Assembly (NCBI RefSeq): GCF_035594765.1 | Contig: NC_085842.1 | Coordinates: 94,030,782-94,094,781, forward strand | DNA: 64,000 nt | Reading direction: 5' to 3' | Source: Anolis carolinensis | Lineage: Eukaryota | Shown: positions 1 to 13,372 of the stretch, in pieces | Layout: each line of letters begins with the position of its first letter | How positions within the stretch are numbered: position 1 is the stretch's first letter | Notes under the pieces: generated by a model | What the model was told of the DNA's origin: nothing | The model's input: only the letters and a program-made list of their open reading frames with translations | Database searches by the model: none | Program-made: the position numbers and the translations under genes

Positions 1-90
1 CCTGAATGACAAGTATTAGGAATCTTCTATTTTCTTTCAACTAATTACTATTTAGATGACAGCCTTCTGCAAGTGTTTTCTGTATATTAA

Positions 91-630
91 CTAGCTGTGC
101 CTGGCCACGCCTTGCTGTGGCGTTGTCTGGTGGTGTTGGTGAGAAATTGTTGAGGTAGTGGTGGTATTGAATGTCTGTTGTATGGTTGTCTTTATGTTTA
201 GTATGCACACTGAAGTGGATTATATGGCAGTGTGGAGTCAAGATAATCCAGTTCAAAGCAGACAATATAAGATTATAAATGGGTTATATAGCTGTGTGGA
301 AGGGCCTTGAGTCTACACTGCCATATAATCCAGTTAAAATCTGATAATCTGTGGAAGAAGCCTAAGTGAGGCCTATCTGTGCCTGTCCCCTGGGCTGAGT
401 AGGTTGCTAGGAGACCAAGTGGGCGGAGCTTAGCCTTCAAACTGGCAGCAATTGGATAAAACCTATTATTCCTTTCCCTGTTATTAGGACTTTATTTTTT
501 CTTTTCTTTTTGTTGTATCAACCTAGAGCCATGAATGATGGGTTGTGTTGTCAAATTTCGAGGTTGGGGGGCCTGTAGTTTTGTTGTTTTGTCCGCTGCC
601 CTGATGCCATCACTCTTTTATATATATAGA
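91..630 (-). mobile_element. Non-autonomous Helitron
   Basis: Minus strand starts a|TCTATATATATAAAAG and ends GCCACAGCAAGGCGTGGC(hairpin)CAGGCACAGCTAG|t. Inserted between A and T with no TSD. The interior carries palindromic MITE-like pieces. Confidence 0.8.
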
Positions 631-752
631 TTATTGTTTGTGCATAATCAGACATTGTAAAATATTTAGTCCTTCTATCATGGATTGTGAAGGGAGATGA
701 GGGGAGGAGAAAGATAGAAATAAAAGTTAACCTTTTCTCCTCATTCTTTTAG

Positions 753-848
753 ACATGAAGGAAGATCTAGCATCTTTTTCAAAGGAACCTGTGCACTTGG
801 GACTCTTCACAGATAGACCTTCCCTGTACAAGATGATGGAAGCAGAAG
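753..848 (+). CDS. GEMIN5: GEMIN5 internal coding exon (..MKEDLASFSKEPVHLGLFTDRPSLYKMMEAE)
   Basis: AG at 751-752, GT at 849-850, 96 nt, phase 1-1. Matches the vertebrate GEMIN5 HLGLFTDRxxLYxM segment. Upstream exons lie outside the window. Confidence 0.93.
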
Positions 849-1099
849 GTTAGATTTTTAATCTTGAATATATATTTTAACACTACTTTGTGAGTGCAAT
901 ACGTAGAAAACACTATGTAATTGCTAAATATTTATGTGGCTTTAATTACACACTAAATTGTGAAATATAGTTTCTAAAAAGAATCAACAATTTCTAATGA
1001 ATCAGCAAACAAACCTTGAAGGTTGATGTATTTTTTGCTAGGCATCCAACCCCATTGGTAGATTGCCATAGACTTAATTGCTGAAGTTTGTAAATTGTC

Positions 1100-1530
1100 C
1101 ATAGAATCATAGCATTGGAAGTGACCACAAGACCCATCCAGTTCAACCCCATTCTGCCATGCAGGAAAAACACAACTGGATCACCCTTGACAGATGGTAA
1201 TCCAGCCTCTGCTTAAAATCCTCCAGAGAAGGAACCCCCACAATATTTCTAGGCAGTGAGTTCCACTGATGGAACAGCTCTTACCTTCAGGAAGATCTTC
1301 CTAATGTTTAGGTGGAATCTTTTTTCCTGCAACAATTGCTCCATGTGCTAGTCTCCAGAGCAGCAAAAAAACAAGCTTTCCCCCTCCTCAATATGACATC
1401 TTTTCAAATATTTAAACATGGCTCTCAGGTCCCGTCTCAGATAGCTTTTCTCCAAGCTAAACATACCCAGCCCTCTAAGCCTTTCTTCATGGGCCTTGGC
1501 TTGCAGACCTTTTACCATCTTGGTTGCCCT
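1100..1530 (-). mobile_element. CR1 LINE 3' fragment
   Basis: CATAGAAT tail repeats. Minus-strand peptide RRATKMVKGL..EERLRGLGMFSLEK..RRDL resembles the CR1 ORF2 C-terminus. Confidence 0.85.
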
Positions 1531-2118
1531 TCTAAGGAAGATGTCTTCCCCACTCATAGAACTCTGCAAATTATAGCAATCTTACAACCTGGAGGTGACC
1601 CTCTTAATAGGCTGTTACATAAGAATTTCCTTACTAAATTTATAAATTGCTTTAATCAATAATGGCAAAGAGGCTAAATTGTTTTATCTCAAAACGTGTT
1701 CAGAATCTGGTTTGACTTTGTGCCGTACAGACAAATGTCACACTGTATACAATATGTTTATAATATAATCAGTCAGGCAAAAATATTAGCCCTGGATCCC
1801 ATGAAGGCACTGGATATCTTGGAATTGAGTGGTTCTTTTGTTAAAATTGCTACATAAATAAGGATTTGGATCTTAATTTGTAATTCAGTTAATTCAAAAT
1901 GTATATGCAAAAGCAAATTCAATTGTATATTTAGACTCTCCCAGTTCCACATGCAAGAGGTACTCATCAGGGTTGTCTTCTGTCTCCACTTTTATTCATA
2001 ACCAGCCACGCATTGCTGTGGCAAAGTGTGATGGTATGGGAAATAAAGTATTGAGGAATTGGTGGTATATGTTATTTCCTAAATCTTGTGAATATACAAT
2101 ATTTCTGTATTTTTTTTG

Positions 2119-2718
2119 TCTGTTGGAGGCAAGTATGAATGCTGCAATTAACCAGAATGATTACCATGTAATAGCCTTTCAGCTTCAAAGCCTGACTGCT
2201 TCCTCCCTGGGGGAATCTTTTGTTGGGAGGTGTTAGCTGGCCCTGATTGTTTCCTGTCTGGAATTTCCCTGTTTGCAGAGTGTTGTTCTTTATTTACTGT
2301 CCTGATTTTAGAGATTATATTGTTCTGTGTTATTATACCACAGTAATTTCTCATATATAATATTTATAATCGTATATTATTTTCTTTGAACTGGATTATA
2401 TGAGGCCCCTTCTACACAACTGTATAAAATCCACATTGAACTAGATTATATGGCAGTGTGGACTCAAGATAGTCCAGTCATTGTGGCTGAGGGAGTTGCT
2501 AAGACACGAAGTGAGCGAGGCCTAAAGGGGGCAAGGCCTACCTTCTGACTGGCAGCCAGGGGAGAATGCTCTTCCTCGTCCTCTGTAATTTGGACTTTAT
2601 TTTTCTAGGTTTTTTATTGAAAGACATAGATTGGGTGACTATGTATTTTGTGGCCAACTTTGGTTCCATGGTTTTGTTGTTTACTCCATGAGAAAAACAC
2701 ATATTGCATTAATATCGC

Positions 2719-2768
<50 letters not shown>
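2119..2768 (-). mobile_element. Truncated Helitron-like composite repeat (Penelope pLTR piece + palindromic MITE piece + (GATA)n at its 5' end)
   Basis: Shares blocks with the Helitrons at 91-630 and 27497-29809. No CTAG/hairpin 3' end was found. Confidence 0.55.
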
Positions 2769-2769
<1 letters not shown>

Positions 2770-3035
2770 CTGTGGAAGCATTAGCTGAGATTATTAGAAC
2801 TATAGATGACATGCTGATTTTCTTGCCTCTGAACTGTATAACTTTCCATAATATTACCTAAAGGTATCTAGAATTTCTTGGGATTGTCTTTTTTTTAAAA
2901 AAAAACCCTGAACAATTGTAGTTATGGTATGTTGTTAACTGTCCTTTATCTCTCAACATTGGGGAGAAAAACGAGGTGTAAAAACTAGTAAATAAGCAAT
3001 GAATTAACCAAAAGGCATCTTTTGTTTCCCAACAG

Positions 3036-3173
3036 GAAAAAGCCACTTAGAGAATGGACACCCAGAGTTATTTCAGCAGCTCATGTTGTGGAAAGGAGAT
3101 TTGAAAAGTGCTCTCCAATCAGCTGCAGAAAGAGGCGAGATAACAGATCAACTAGTGGCCATCTCACCAATAG
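3036..3173 (+). CDS. GEMIN5: GEMIN5 coding exon ([46 protein letters not shown])
   Basis: CAG|..|GT boundaries, 138 nt, frame continuous with flanking exons. Strong GEMIN5 similarity. Confidence 0.96.
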
Positions 3174-3498
3174 GTCAGTCTGATATCCAGAAGTTCTGCT
3201 GCTTTGCTTTGAAACAGGCTTAGCTCAGACTTAGCGAAATCTGGTTACCTGGGAGAGGATGGGAAGAACTGTCCCTGAGGCCTTTAGTCCAGTCCTCAAG
3301 TCAATACATGATACTATAAAGTTTGTTTTAACCCTCTGTGACAATTCTGAAGTACTTTCTCTCATAATTTGGGATCCTGTGTGGTTTTACAATGCAAGGA
3401 TTTTTTAAATTATTTGTGCACAGACTATTTTAACATTTTTTGATTTCTTGTTGTTAATATGCCCCCCCCTTTTTTTTTTTGCTTCTTTTTTTTAAAAG

Positions 3499-3646
3499 CT
3501 GGCTATCATGCCTGGATGTGGACGGTGGAAGCTTTCGCCAGGCAACTCTGTTTTCAAGAGCAATATGTCAAGGCTGCCTCGCATCTCCTCTCTCTCCATA
3601 AAGTATATGAAGCTGTGGAGCTTTTGAAGTCACATAATTTTTTCAG
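3499..3646 (+). CDS. GEMIN5: GEMIN5 coding exon ([50 protein letters not shown])
   Basis: Polypyrimidine tract + AAG|, AG|GT donor, 148 nt. TPR-like dimerisation region of GEMIN5. Confidence 0.96.
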
Positions 3647-4577
3647 GTTTCTACACTCCAGTTGTTTTAGCGGGTTGCAGCTTACAGATGAGATTGCGTG
3701 ATTAATGTATCCAACAGTATTTATTGCTAACATTAAGCTAAATTTATGTGATCTGTGACTCTGGGTTGTTGCTTTTTTTACTTCATACTCTTATAATTTT
3801 CTTTATTTAATCCTACTTTTCTCTACTCCTCAGTTCTATGTCTATTTTCGTACATTTTCAGTCATGCACGATCAGCTTACTACTAGCTGGTGGGTGAATA
3901 TGGGAATTACCTTATATTGAAAAAGTAGCGAAAGTGATTCTAATATTAAATCCATAGCCTGTATTACTTCAGAATGCTTTTGAGTGGCTTCTAAGTGATA
4001 GCTGATGAAGATGGGCATCACTCGTTTTATTTTAGCTTCCACAAATCTATCGTAAGTAGTTATAATAATACTGAACAAGGAGCTGATGCAGTTACTTTTC
4101 GCACTTTCAGTCATATTACACATGTCAGAATTCTTGAGTTTGCAACCATTTCGCAATAGATATTTCATGTCTACATGGATGTAGATCTAATTTACACATT
4201 TGTACCTATCACTTAGCTTGTGATAGATACAGATGCATACATTATGGATTAATTGACATACATGATGATTTGAAATAACCCATTACCTACTCATTCAAAT
4301 GTAAATTATTCATATATTCATCAAAGAGTCATTGTTTCTTAAGTAATTAGGGATTTGCTGATGTGCATCTATATGGGAACCAAAGCTCTGTCAGGAAAAC
4401 TTGCTCACAAAAGCAATCTCTAGCCATGCTAATTTTAAACCACATTGTTCAAGTCAAGTTAGCCAGTTTCTCTCAGTTGCTGTCTCAACAGAATTCTATG
4501 CGTTGGCATTGGGGAAAGTTCTGGTGAAATAATGGTTTATCAAAATATTGTTTTTCTCTTTTTGCGCTTTTTCTCAG

Positions 4578-4697
4578 GGAGGCCATTGTAATTGCAAAGG
4601 CTAGATTGCGGCCTGAAGATCCTATGCTGGAAGAGCTGTACACCAGTTGGGCAGCAGTGCTGGAGAAGGATGGTCATTATTCCCTGGCAGCAAAATG
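4578..4697 (+). CDS. GEMIN5: GEMIN5 coding exon ([40 protein letters not shown])
   Basis: CAG| acceptor, |GTA donor, 120 nt, phase 2-2. Confidence 0.96.
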
Positions 4698-4829
4698 GTA
4701 CTTTGACAGTGTTTTTTTGTCAGGGCCTTATGAAGCCCTGACAGAGTTAAGAAAATACCCAAGATTCCTTTAAGAATGTGATTATCTATCCTGAATTTTA
4801 TTAGGTCCCTTCTATTGGAGTATTTTAAT

Positions 4830-5875
4830 TGATGGGGTCGCACTTCCCCTGAAGGCGCAGGTCCGCAGCTTGGGGGTCCTCCTGGACTCATCACTGACAC
4901 TTGAGGCTCAGGTGTCGGCGGTGGCTGGGAGGGCCTTTGCACAATTAAAGCTTGTGCGCCAGCTGCAACCATACCTCGTGAAGTCTGACTTGGCCACGGT
5001 GGTCCACGCCTTAGTCACCTCTAGACTGGATTATTGCAATGCACTCTACGTGGGGTTGCCCCTGAAGACGGCCCGGAAACTTCAGTTAGTCCAACGTGCG
5101 GCTGCCAGGTTGTTAACTGGAGCAAACTACAGGGAGAGATCTACTCCCCTGTTCAAGGAGCTCCACTGGCTACCGATTATTTTCCGGTCCCAATTCAAGG
5201 TGCAGGTTCTTACCTATAAAACCCTAAACGGTTTGGGACCCACCTACCTTTGTGACCGCATCTCCCGCTATGAACCCACTCGTCCTCTTCGTTCATCCGG
5301 TAGGGCACTTCTTTCGCTCCCGGCACCATCCCAGGCTCGGTTGGCGGGGACGAGGGAGCAGGCCTTTTCTATTGTTGCTCCCCGGATCTGGAATTCCCTT
5401 CCGGAGGAGATCCGGCAAGCACCCACCCTGGCTTCCTTCAAAAAGCTGCTTAAAACCTGGCTCTTCCGCTGCGCCTTTGGATAACCGAGCCCATAGCTAT
5501 AGTAGTCGCACAGGCCACCTCTTTGACTTGAAACACTGCACTTTATTCCTCTGCCCCAAAGCATCTTAGAATATCACATTGCATTTTAGTTCTAGTGGTC
5601 CCTCCAGGCCATCCTCTCCTCCATCCCAGTGGTCTTTTTTTCCCCTCTTTCTTTGCGGATTCATGTTATTTGAGTGATTATATTCCTTCTGCTTATGTGA
5701 TTGTTTTAGTCAATTGTTATGTTTTGTTTTCGTTTCTAATTCTTATAGCGTTTTATAGTGTTTTCAGTGTTTTATTGTACAATGTTTTATGCTGATTTTA
5801 TATTGGAAACCGCCCTGAGTCCCTTTTGGGAGAGAGGGCGGTATACAAATAAACTTTTACTTTTACTTACTTACT
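4830..5875 (+). mobile_element. L2-clade LINE, 5'-truncated (ORF2 C-terminus 4870-5484 + 3' UTR)
   Basis: LGVLLDS..HALVTSRLDYCNALY.GLP..HWLP..FKV motifs. Ends ccgccctgagtccc..gggcggtatacaaataaa plus a short-repeat tail. A second L2 3' tail follows at about 5940-6155. Confidence 0.9.
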
Positions 5876-6690
5876 GATGATGTTATTTTTATATTGCTGC
5901 TGCAGTCCCCCCCCCCCCCCCCCACCACCACCACCAATGAAGTCGACTGAATTGTACTTGGTGGTTGATTGATATTATTATCGCTGTATTAACTCCTGTT
6001 TTATTGTCTTATTGTGTTTTATTTTTTGTATATTGTGCAATGTATTTATGCTGTTGTTTTTGTAAATTATGCTGGTTGGGCCTTGCCCCATGTGAGCCGC
6101 CCCAAGTCCCTGTGGGGAGATGGTGGCGGGTATAAATAAAGTTTTATTATTATTATCATCTTGAGTAATCCTTCTCTTCAGTTTTCAACAGGAGGAGGTG
6201 ATCAACAAATAGTGCAGAATACTGTAAAGTTTTAAAATACCATAATGCTCAGGGTGGGACATATAGTTGTTCATCAATTCATTTCAGTCAGACAAGTAGC
6301 ATCTTATCTTGACTATCTTGCTGTTTTTGTTAGTGGGCATGGTGGCTGTTTTCCTTTATCTGAACGAATTCATTGGCTTTTTTATACACCATGTGGCTTG
6401 CTCTAAGACCTTGAGAGACTATGCTATTATGTTAGTGTTGCCAAATTATTTATTCATGAGTGTAAACAGTTCAGCTTGTGTATGATGATAAAACTTGCTT
6501 TGAAATTGAAACTGGAGAACTGGCAGCAGCAATATAGTGCTGCTATATATTTCATTGTGAAATGTAGGTAATTCTGATAGCATTAATAGTTTGAAAGAGA
6601 GGGACATTGTCCTGAAATGAACAAGCTGTGTTTTCTGGAAGAAATAAAGCTTCCTTCAGACTTAAGTCATTGTGTCTCTTTCTTTTTTAG

Positions 6691-6901
6691 TTATCTGGGA
6701 GCTTCCTCTCCTTACGATGCAGCCAAAGTGCTGGCTAAAAAGGGAGATACGGCTTCTCTTAAAGCCGCTGCTGAAGTGGCTCTGAGAGCCGGAGACAGAG
6801 ACCTCTCAGTGACGTTCTCCTTCAGATGCGCCCAAGAATTCCTCTCTTCCAGGAACTGGGTTGGAGCGCAAGAGGTTCTCCAGCAGCATGAGAGCTTATT
6901 G
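6691..6901 (+). CDS. GEMIN5: GEMIN5 coding exon ([19 protein letters not shown]...[11 protein letters not shown])
   Basis: TTTTTTAG| acceptor, |GTCAGT donor, 211 nt. Confidence 0.96.
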
Positions 6902-8576
6902 GTCAGTGTGGTTTTAATTGGTTACTGCTTCCTTTCTAATTATTTGTCATCAAAGTTGTTACTTATACTGCACATTTCTCCATGATAAATCACTTCCATA
7001 ATACTTAGATTCAATAAGAGATCTGCATCTTGAAAGAAGTGCATAATCATTCCTCTTCTGGGAAGTTGAGGGTTTTTTTTAATAAAAAAGGGGTTTAAAC
7101 AATTGAAAATGTTACACTGATGTAATACGATGGACATGTTAAAGTCTGCATTCAAGATTTCTCAACACAGTTGTGTCTGATTAAATATACAGAATGAAAG
7201 AGAACTTCTTACATGAAATATGAGTTATGATTTTTATGGGAACCAATTGGATGAATAACACAAAGCCATATTTTCATGATTGTGCAAATTATGAGGATTG
7301 ATACTGTTAATCATACAGTATGAACAAACCGGTTTCAAATTCAGAGACACAGCTCTGCCAAAACATCAATACTCTAGCTTCTGTACATTAACTCTAGGAA
7401 CGTATTCTTAAAGTCAAATTATGGCATATATTTATAGAGAGTTTAAACTGAAATCTTTAGGTTGCTATTCTATTTGTAGAGAGTGAGGCTTATTGAATAG
7501 TTTGTCTTCCTACTTAGTAAACATGCAGAGGATTGCTGTTAATTTCATGATTGCTTCCCAAAGTATTTGGTCATTCTGTGGCACAAAAGGCATTTCAGCT
7601 GAATTGGTTTGAGGCTTAGGATTGTGCTCCTGAGCAGTTGTAAAGGCTCTATAAATACAAATGTGACTGTACTGAAATGCTTAATTATAGTGTAAATTTT
7701 AGATATGATTGTTAATGTTTAAACATGACCTATCTTGCAGGGCTGGTGTGCGAACAGCCATTTTGTGATTCTTAGAAAGTTGGGGAGGAGCTAATTTACA
7801 TAGAGGCGACCTGATTGGTCATATGTAAATGAGGGGGTGCTAGAATTTGAAAGGGGAGATAGCCAAGAAATGGCAGTTGGAAAAAACCCCCGAACATTCT
7901 AAAGTCGGTTAGGATGGGAAAAAGCTAACTGCTAGGTCATGAAAGTTAGTTGTTAGTGAATATAGGTCAGGGAGTATGTTGGAAAAAGATATTTGAGGAA
8001 ATAGTATAATAAGTTGAAAAGAGTTGAGAGTCTGCTCCTGCATAATAAACAAGTGAATCTTTCTGTGTATAAAGATTTGTATGGAGGAAAGCTGTAATGA
8101 AACAATGTTATTCAACCAAAGAAGCAATATACAAATGTAACCAACATGCTTTTGTTGCAAGATCTTAATAAATAGTTACTGTTTTGTTCAGTATGAGGAC
8201 TGTTTCTTTAAAACACTGAATAAGATTTAAAGAGTCCAAGAAGATCCCTGCAATCTTTGATTAGGAACAGGTGTGAGTTCCAGGTTTAAATTGGTGACAG
8301 AGGTGGGATATAAAGGAAAATATTTTTCCCCTGTCTGAAGAAACCTTTGTGAAATAGGCTTCACAGTGACCCATCCATTTATTTGGCAAATACATTACAA
8401 AATTTATCAAAGTCTCTCTCTCTCTCTTTTATTTTTTGGTAATATAACAATCCAAGATTCTTCTTTTTTCCTTTGTTACTTTATTTACATCTATTATTTC
8501 ACCCATTTCTTTTTCATTTGATTTCTTTTTAAAAAGATTAATTGAAATGATTAATTGGTGTCCTATTTGTTTATAG

Positions 8577-8834
8577 GGACATAGATTGGTATTCTGTTTT
8601 AATGAATTGCTTCACAAGCACCTGAATGAAAGGAATTTGGTGGAAAGCCGAAGTCCCTCCATTCCTTGTTATCACAGCTGGCCAGTGAAACAAGGTGGCT
8701 GTTTCACAGAAATAGTTATTGGCGTATGGCAGAGCATATTTGGTGTGAATACCTTTGAACAGTCACAGAAGATATTGGAGCAGCTGAGAACTGTTGAGTA
8801 TCCCCCTACAACTCCCAACACTCATCCCAGGCAG
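8577..8834 (+). CDS. GEMIN5: GEMIN5 coding exon (GHRLVFCFNELLHKHL...YPPTTPNTHPRQ)
   Basis: TAG| acceptor, CAG|GTAATT donor, 258 nt, phase 0-0. Confidence 0.95.
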
Positions 8835-9189
8835 GTAATTTGTCCTTTGGTTTTTGGTTTACAGTGCTACTATAATTCTAGGTCCAGTCACAGGTAAAGT
8901 AGAGTCACTTAATCTATAAGTTTTACATACATGTTTCCTTACTATTTATCAATTGGTTAAATGTATTTAGTTTGAATATGCCATTTGATTTAATCTACAT
9001 TATCTGACAAGGAATATGCAGTTATTTGTTTACAAAAAACAAAATGGTAATTATTTTGGGTGTGGCAGAACAGACAGATAGTACATTACAAGAGTGACTG
9101 GATCAAAACTGATCTTGGGAGATTTGTTTTTCATTTTAATTTTCCTAGTTACTTACAGAAACCTGTGACTTTTTATTGTTTGCCTTTAG

Positions 9190-9352
9190 CTCCTGTTCCA
9201 TATTTCTCATGATCTGACCCTAGCATTTTTGAACCTTCAGACCTCTTCTTGGGAAGAGGCAGTGAAAGCTTTTCTCAGAGCAGTGACCCGCAGCTATGAT
9301 GCTGGGAACTTTAATCTCATGCAAGACATCTGTAACCTCCTCTTTCCTACAG
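9190..9352 (+). CDS. GEMIN5: GEMIN5 coding exon (LLFHISHDLTLAFLNLQTSSWEEAVKAFLRAVTRSYDAGNFNLMQDICNLLFPT)
   Basis: TAG| acceptor, AG|GTAAAG donor, 163 nt. Confidence 0.95.
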
Positions 9353-9656
9353 GTAAAGCCTCATTCCTTCTTTGTTTCAGTATTTTGAAAAGAAACATGG
9401 AAAGAGATAAGGGTTGGAGAGTCTCCCATTCTCACTGCCTCTTTAGCTACTTCCTCGGAAAAAATCATCTGGTTACTTTTCTTGCCCTGGATATGACCAT
9501 CCTTGTTCATTGAAAGAACACCCTTCAAATTTCCCCAGCTATGTCAGATGTTGGCTATGCAAACAAAGACTACATTTATAGATCCCATTCCTACTCAATG
9601 TGTATGAGACAGAGATATGAATGTTTTCTAGAGATGTATGAAAGTGTTGCATTGGG

Positions 9657-10228
9657 TTTTCTCCTTCGTGGTCTCTGAAATCAGTACATGTGATAGTTTG
9701 ATGCACCTGTGCAACAATCCGTTAGAAACCTCTGGAAAGCTTTAGGCTTGTGGCTGTGGTCCCGCCCACCCTCCACAGGAGGCAATATAGGTAGTCAGAG
9801 GAGCTGCAGCCTTAGTTCTCTTTTTCCAGCCGCCTTTACACCATTAAGGAATCTCTCTTATTCAAAAACTTAAAACTTCCTCGGTACAACTCGGACTCTT
9901 TAACGGATTTTGCAACTTCCTCCTTTCGTTGACCTGGACTGTTTAAGGACAACTCTTTCTCCTAATCCCGGTTGGTATAATGTCTTTGATGACTCTTAAA
10001 CAATGTATTTCTTGTGGAGGAAATCTCCCAGAAGCAGATGGACACACAAAGTGTCTTCTCTGCTTGGGAGAAACACACTCCATGCAGTCGTGCTCTTTCT
10101 GTAAGGCATTTACTCCACAAGCATGGGGAAATTTTGAGCACCGCCTTAAAGCCCTTCTCTGTGAGAAAGCCCTTTTGCCAAAGGCAACACCACAGCGGCG
10201 AGTAACATCTGAGCTAAATGGATACTAA
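9657..10228 (+). mobile_element. DIRS retrotransposon 5' fragment (ITR + gag N-terminal zinc finger, ORF 9980-10228)
   Basis: C-x2-C-x9-H-x2-C-x2-C-x4-H-x4-C-x2-C motif with the same spacing as the DIRS gag at 22118. The T-rich start resembles the other DIRS 5' ends. Confidence 0.8.
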
Positions 10229-11153
10229 GAACTGCACAGTTCTCCAGTCTGCAGTGGATGGCTTTTAAGGTTTTCCTGCTAGGTAGATCTATTGTATCTT
10301 TAGTTTCAGAGACATAATTCCTAAGAATATTGTTTGCACTCCCTTAGAATTCAAGCATCATCTTATGTGATAACTAGATCATGCACACCTTTCTCACAGG
10401 GTTTTTTTTGTGGGGGGGGGGGAGGATTCATATGCTGTATTTAGAAGAACTTGTACATAAGGCCAGTCCTGTCCCAGCAAAACTTTGAGGATTATTCCAA
10501 AAGCTAGCCAAACAGATGTGACCCTAGATTCTGCTTAATTCTCCGCCAGACATAAGCCTGCTAGCATTGTCATCTCCAAACCCACTATGTAGCATGAGCA
10601 CTGGACTGCAGATACAGCAATGCAAACTTGGCTGTGATCCCGGTCAAAGGATTATTTTGAGTAACAATGCACTAATGGAATTCCAGGTGTACATGCTGCC
10701 CCCAGATGTTTTTAGAAAATAAACCAAAAGCCAAGTCAATATCACCAAAACTGAAAGATAGGATAGTTTCTGTTTCATGAATATCACTGTCATAAAATCA
10801 TCTCTTTAAACTTGTTTCTTTGTTTTGCCATTCTCCCAAAGTAAGGTAACTGAAGATCATCTTCAAGTGCTTGAATAAATTCAAAGTCTGTTACAGATTC
10901 TGCATGGCAATTTTCATTTCCCTCAGTGAGGTTCTTGAAATGTATTTATTTGGAGCCCATCTTTAGTTTTTGTGCCCAGAATCATATTGCAGTCAACTCA
11001 CACAGCACATTCCGTCAATCTTCTTCCAGCAGAACCATTGTCCCTTCTTAGCCTTAAAGGTGTTCACTATAGTTTCCCTAACAATACACTTGCATCTTTT
11101 AGATACTCATATTTCTCTTTGGCCTGTCTATCTCTTCAGCATCTCTCCATAAA

Positions 11154-11366
11154 GGCCCGGGCTGTGGCGCAGGCTGGAGAGCAAGCCAGTTGCAACCAGC
11201 TGCAATGAATCACTCTGACCAGGAGGTCATGAGTTCGAGGCCCACTCAGAGCCTGTGTTTGTCTTGTCTTTGTTCTATGTTAAAAGGCATTGAATGTTTG
11301 CCTATATGTGTAATGTGATCCGCCCTGAGTCCCCTTCGGGGTGAGAAGGGCGGAATATAAATGCTG

Positions 11367-11400
<34 letters not shown>
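11154..11400 (+). mobile_element. tRNA-derived SINE with L2-like tail (Anolis SINE2-like)
   Basis: A box TGGCGCAGGCTGG, B box GAGTTCGAGGC (11231), 3' end ccgccctgagtcccc..gggcgg shared with L2, (TAAA)n tail. Confidence 0.85.
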
Positions 11401-11401
<1 letters not shown>

Positions 11402-11902
11402 AGCCCAATGTGACCTGCAAGTGTATGTCAGAAAGATTTGATTAACCTTTAAAAAGCCATTTCCAATCATCCTTGCAAACCTATTGTGCTGTCACATAAA
11501 AAATCCAGAAAATCATGACTGCTCTCAAAATTTTTCTCACCACAAGGGGGACCTGATGACATTAACATACATAATGAGTTTCATCTCCCATACCCTACTT
11601 TCCCATTTCTGGTTGCTGCAGTGATTCCTACTCCCATTAAAGAATAACAATTAAAAAAAACATTTCAGGCTGTTATTAATCCTATATGTGATGCAGAATT
11701 GATTCAGTCTGACATCTTAACTGCCATGGCTCGATGTTGTGGAATAATGGGATTTTTCGTTTGGTGAGGCATCATCACTCTTTGGCAGAGAAAGCTAAAG
11801 ATATTGTCAAACTATAGCTCCCAGGATTCCATAGTATTGAGCCATGGCAGTTAAAGTGGTGTCACACTGCATTAACTCTACAGTGTAGATGTACCACTAG
11901 TA

Positions 11903-12225
11903 CAGTAGTGTCTCACTTATCCAAGCCTCACTTATCCAAGCCTCTGGATTATCCAAGCCATTTTTGTAGTCAATGTTTTCAATATATCGTGATATTTTGG
12001 TGCTAAATTCGTAAATACAGTAATTACAACATAACATTACTGCATACTGAACTACTTTTTCTGTCCAATTTGTTGTATAATATGACGTTTTGGTGCTTAA
12101 TTTGTAAAATCATAACCTCATTTGATGTTTAATAGGCTTTTCCTTAATCCCTCCTTATTATCCAATATATTCGCTTATCCAAGCTTCTGCTGGCCCATTT
12201 AGCTTGGATAAGTGAGACTCTACTG
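11903..12225. mobile_element. Tc1/mariner-type MITE (family with CAGTAGAGTCTCACTTATCCAA TIR)
   Basis: TIRs and TA TSD. Other copies at 29059-29138 (short), 31518-31840, 42238-42558 and 61154-61461. Confidence 0.9.
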
Positions 12226-13372
12226 TACTTGAAAGCTGATGAACTTGCTAGCCTCAAGAACTGATCCAAATCCCTTGGGCATTATGTAGATCATGGCTAA
12301 TCAAGTTATAGCCTTCCAGATTCCCTTCTTCTTCAGCTGTTATTCAGTGACTGTTATATATTCCTTCTCCCAGACTTTACACATGCTTCTTGCAAAATAA
12401 TCAGTGGGCACCAACCCTATCTTAGATTTCCTGCCTTTGTTTTCCTATGGTTATTAATTTGGCTTATTCTTTATCCAATCTTGGGCAAATTTCAGAATTA
12501 GAAGCTCTTCTCAAAGAGATAAAATCATCAAAATCTAAAAGTGAAATAAAATAATCCATGCTACTTGGTTAGAAAACTCTGCTAGATATTGTCCATATAC
12601 TACCAAGAAATATTTGCAGTAGCATGCCAGTATTTCTTTCCATAATTTGGGACACTGCATATTTTCCAATTTTACCCCAAATGCGGAATTGTGGTTCACA
12701 GCCATGGGTGATATGATATCCTTTACTTATTCACTAATAAAGAGAAATTGATTTGTCCCAAACTGAATGGAAGTCTTAAATTTTCCCTTTCAAATGAGGT
12801 AGAAAGGATAAGGCCAAATCTTACTGTATTCTTTTCACAATAAATCATAATGACTTGTAAATGCAGCTAAAATCATGCAGTGATGTACATAGATCATCAT
12901 CAAGTTACTGGTCAGCTTTTGCCTAGTATCTTCTATGCATATTAATGTATTCGTTTATTTATTTTTTGTCCTGCCTGTCTTCTTGTGCAGGACTCAAGGC
13001 AGATTTGTCCTTGATTTTCTAGCATGTGAAGCATGTGCCTACACTACTGAACTACAACTCTCCTTTGAGGAGATTATCTGGAATTAACTAGTAAAGTAAC
13101 CCCATTGTTCCAACACAGATTATTAAAGGTGTCAGTCCAGGATACTGTAATAGTGGTATAAAATTCCATTGTATTGCAGTGCTGTTATCTGTCTTTGCCG
13201 CATAAATTTCCAAGGCAAGGAATGTGGGGCTATCTGTGCTAGCATGCTAAGGAATGAACAAGATTGTGTAAAAATTGGACTTTCCTCCTTAAAATGAGTG
13301 ATTATTCCATTTTTTTAAAGAAAAGATGTCATTTTGATGTTTTATTTCTCAAAAAGGCAGCTGATAAAATTA

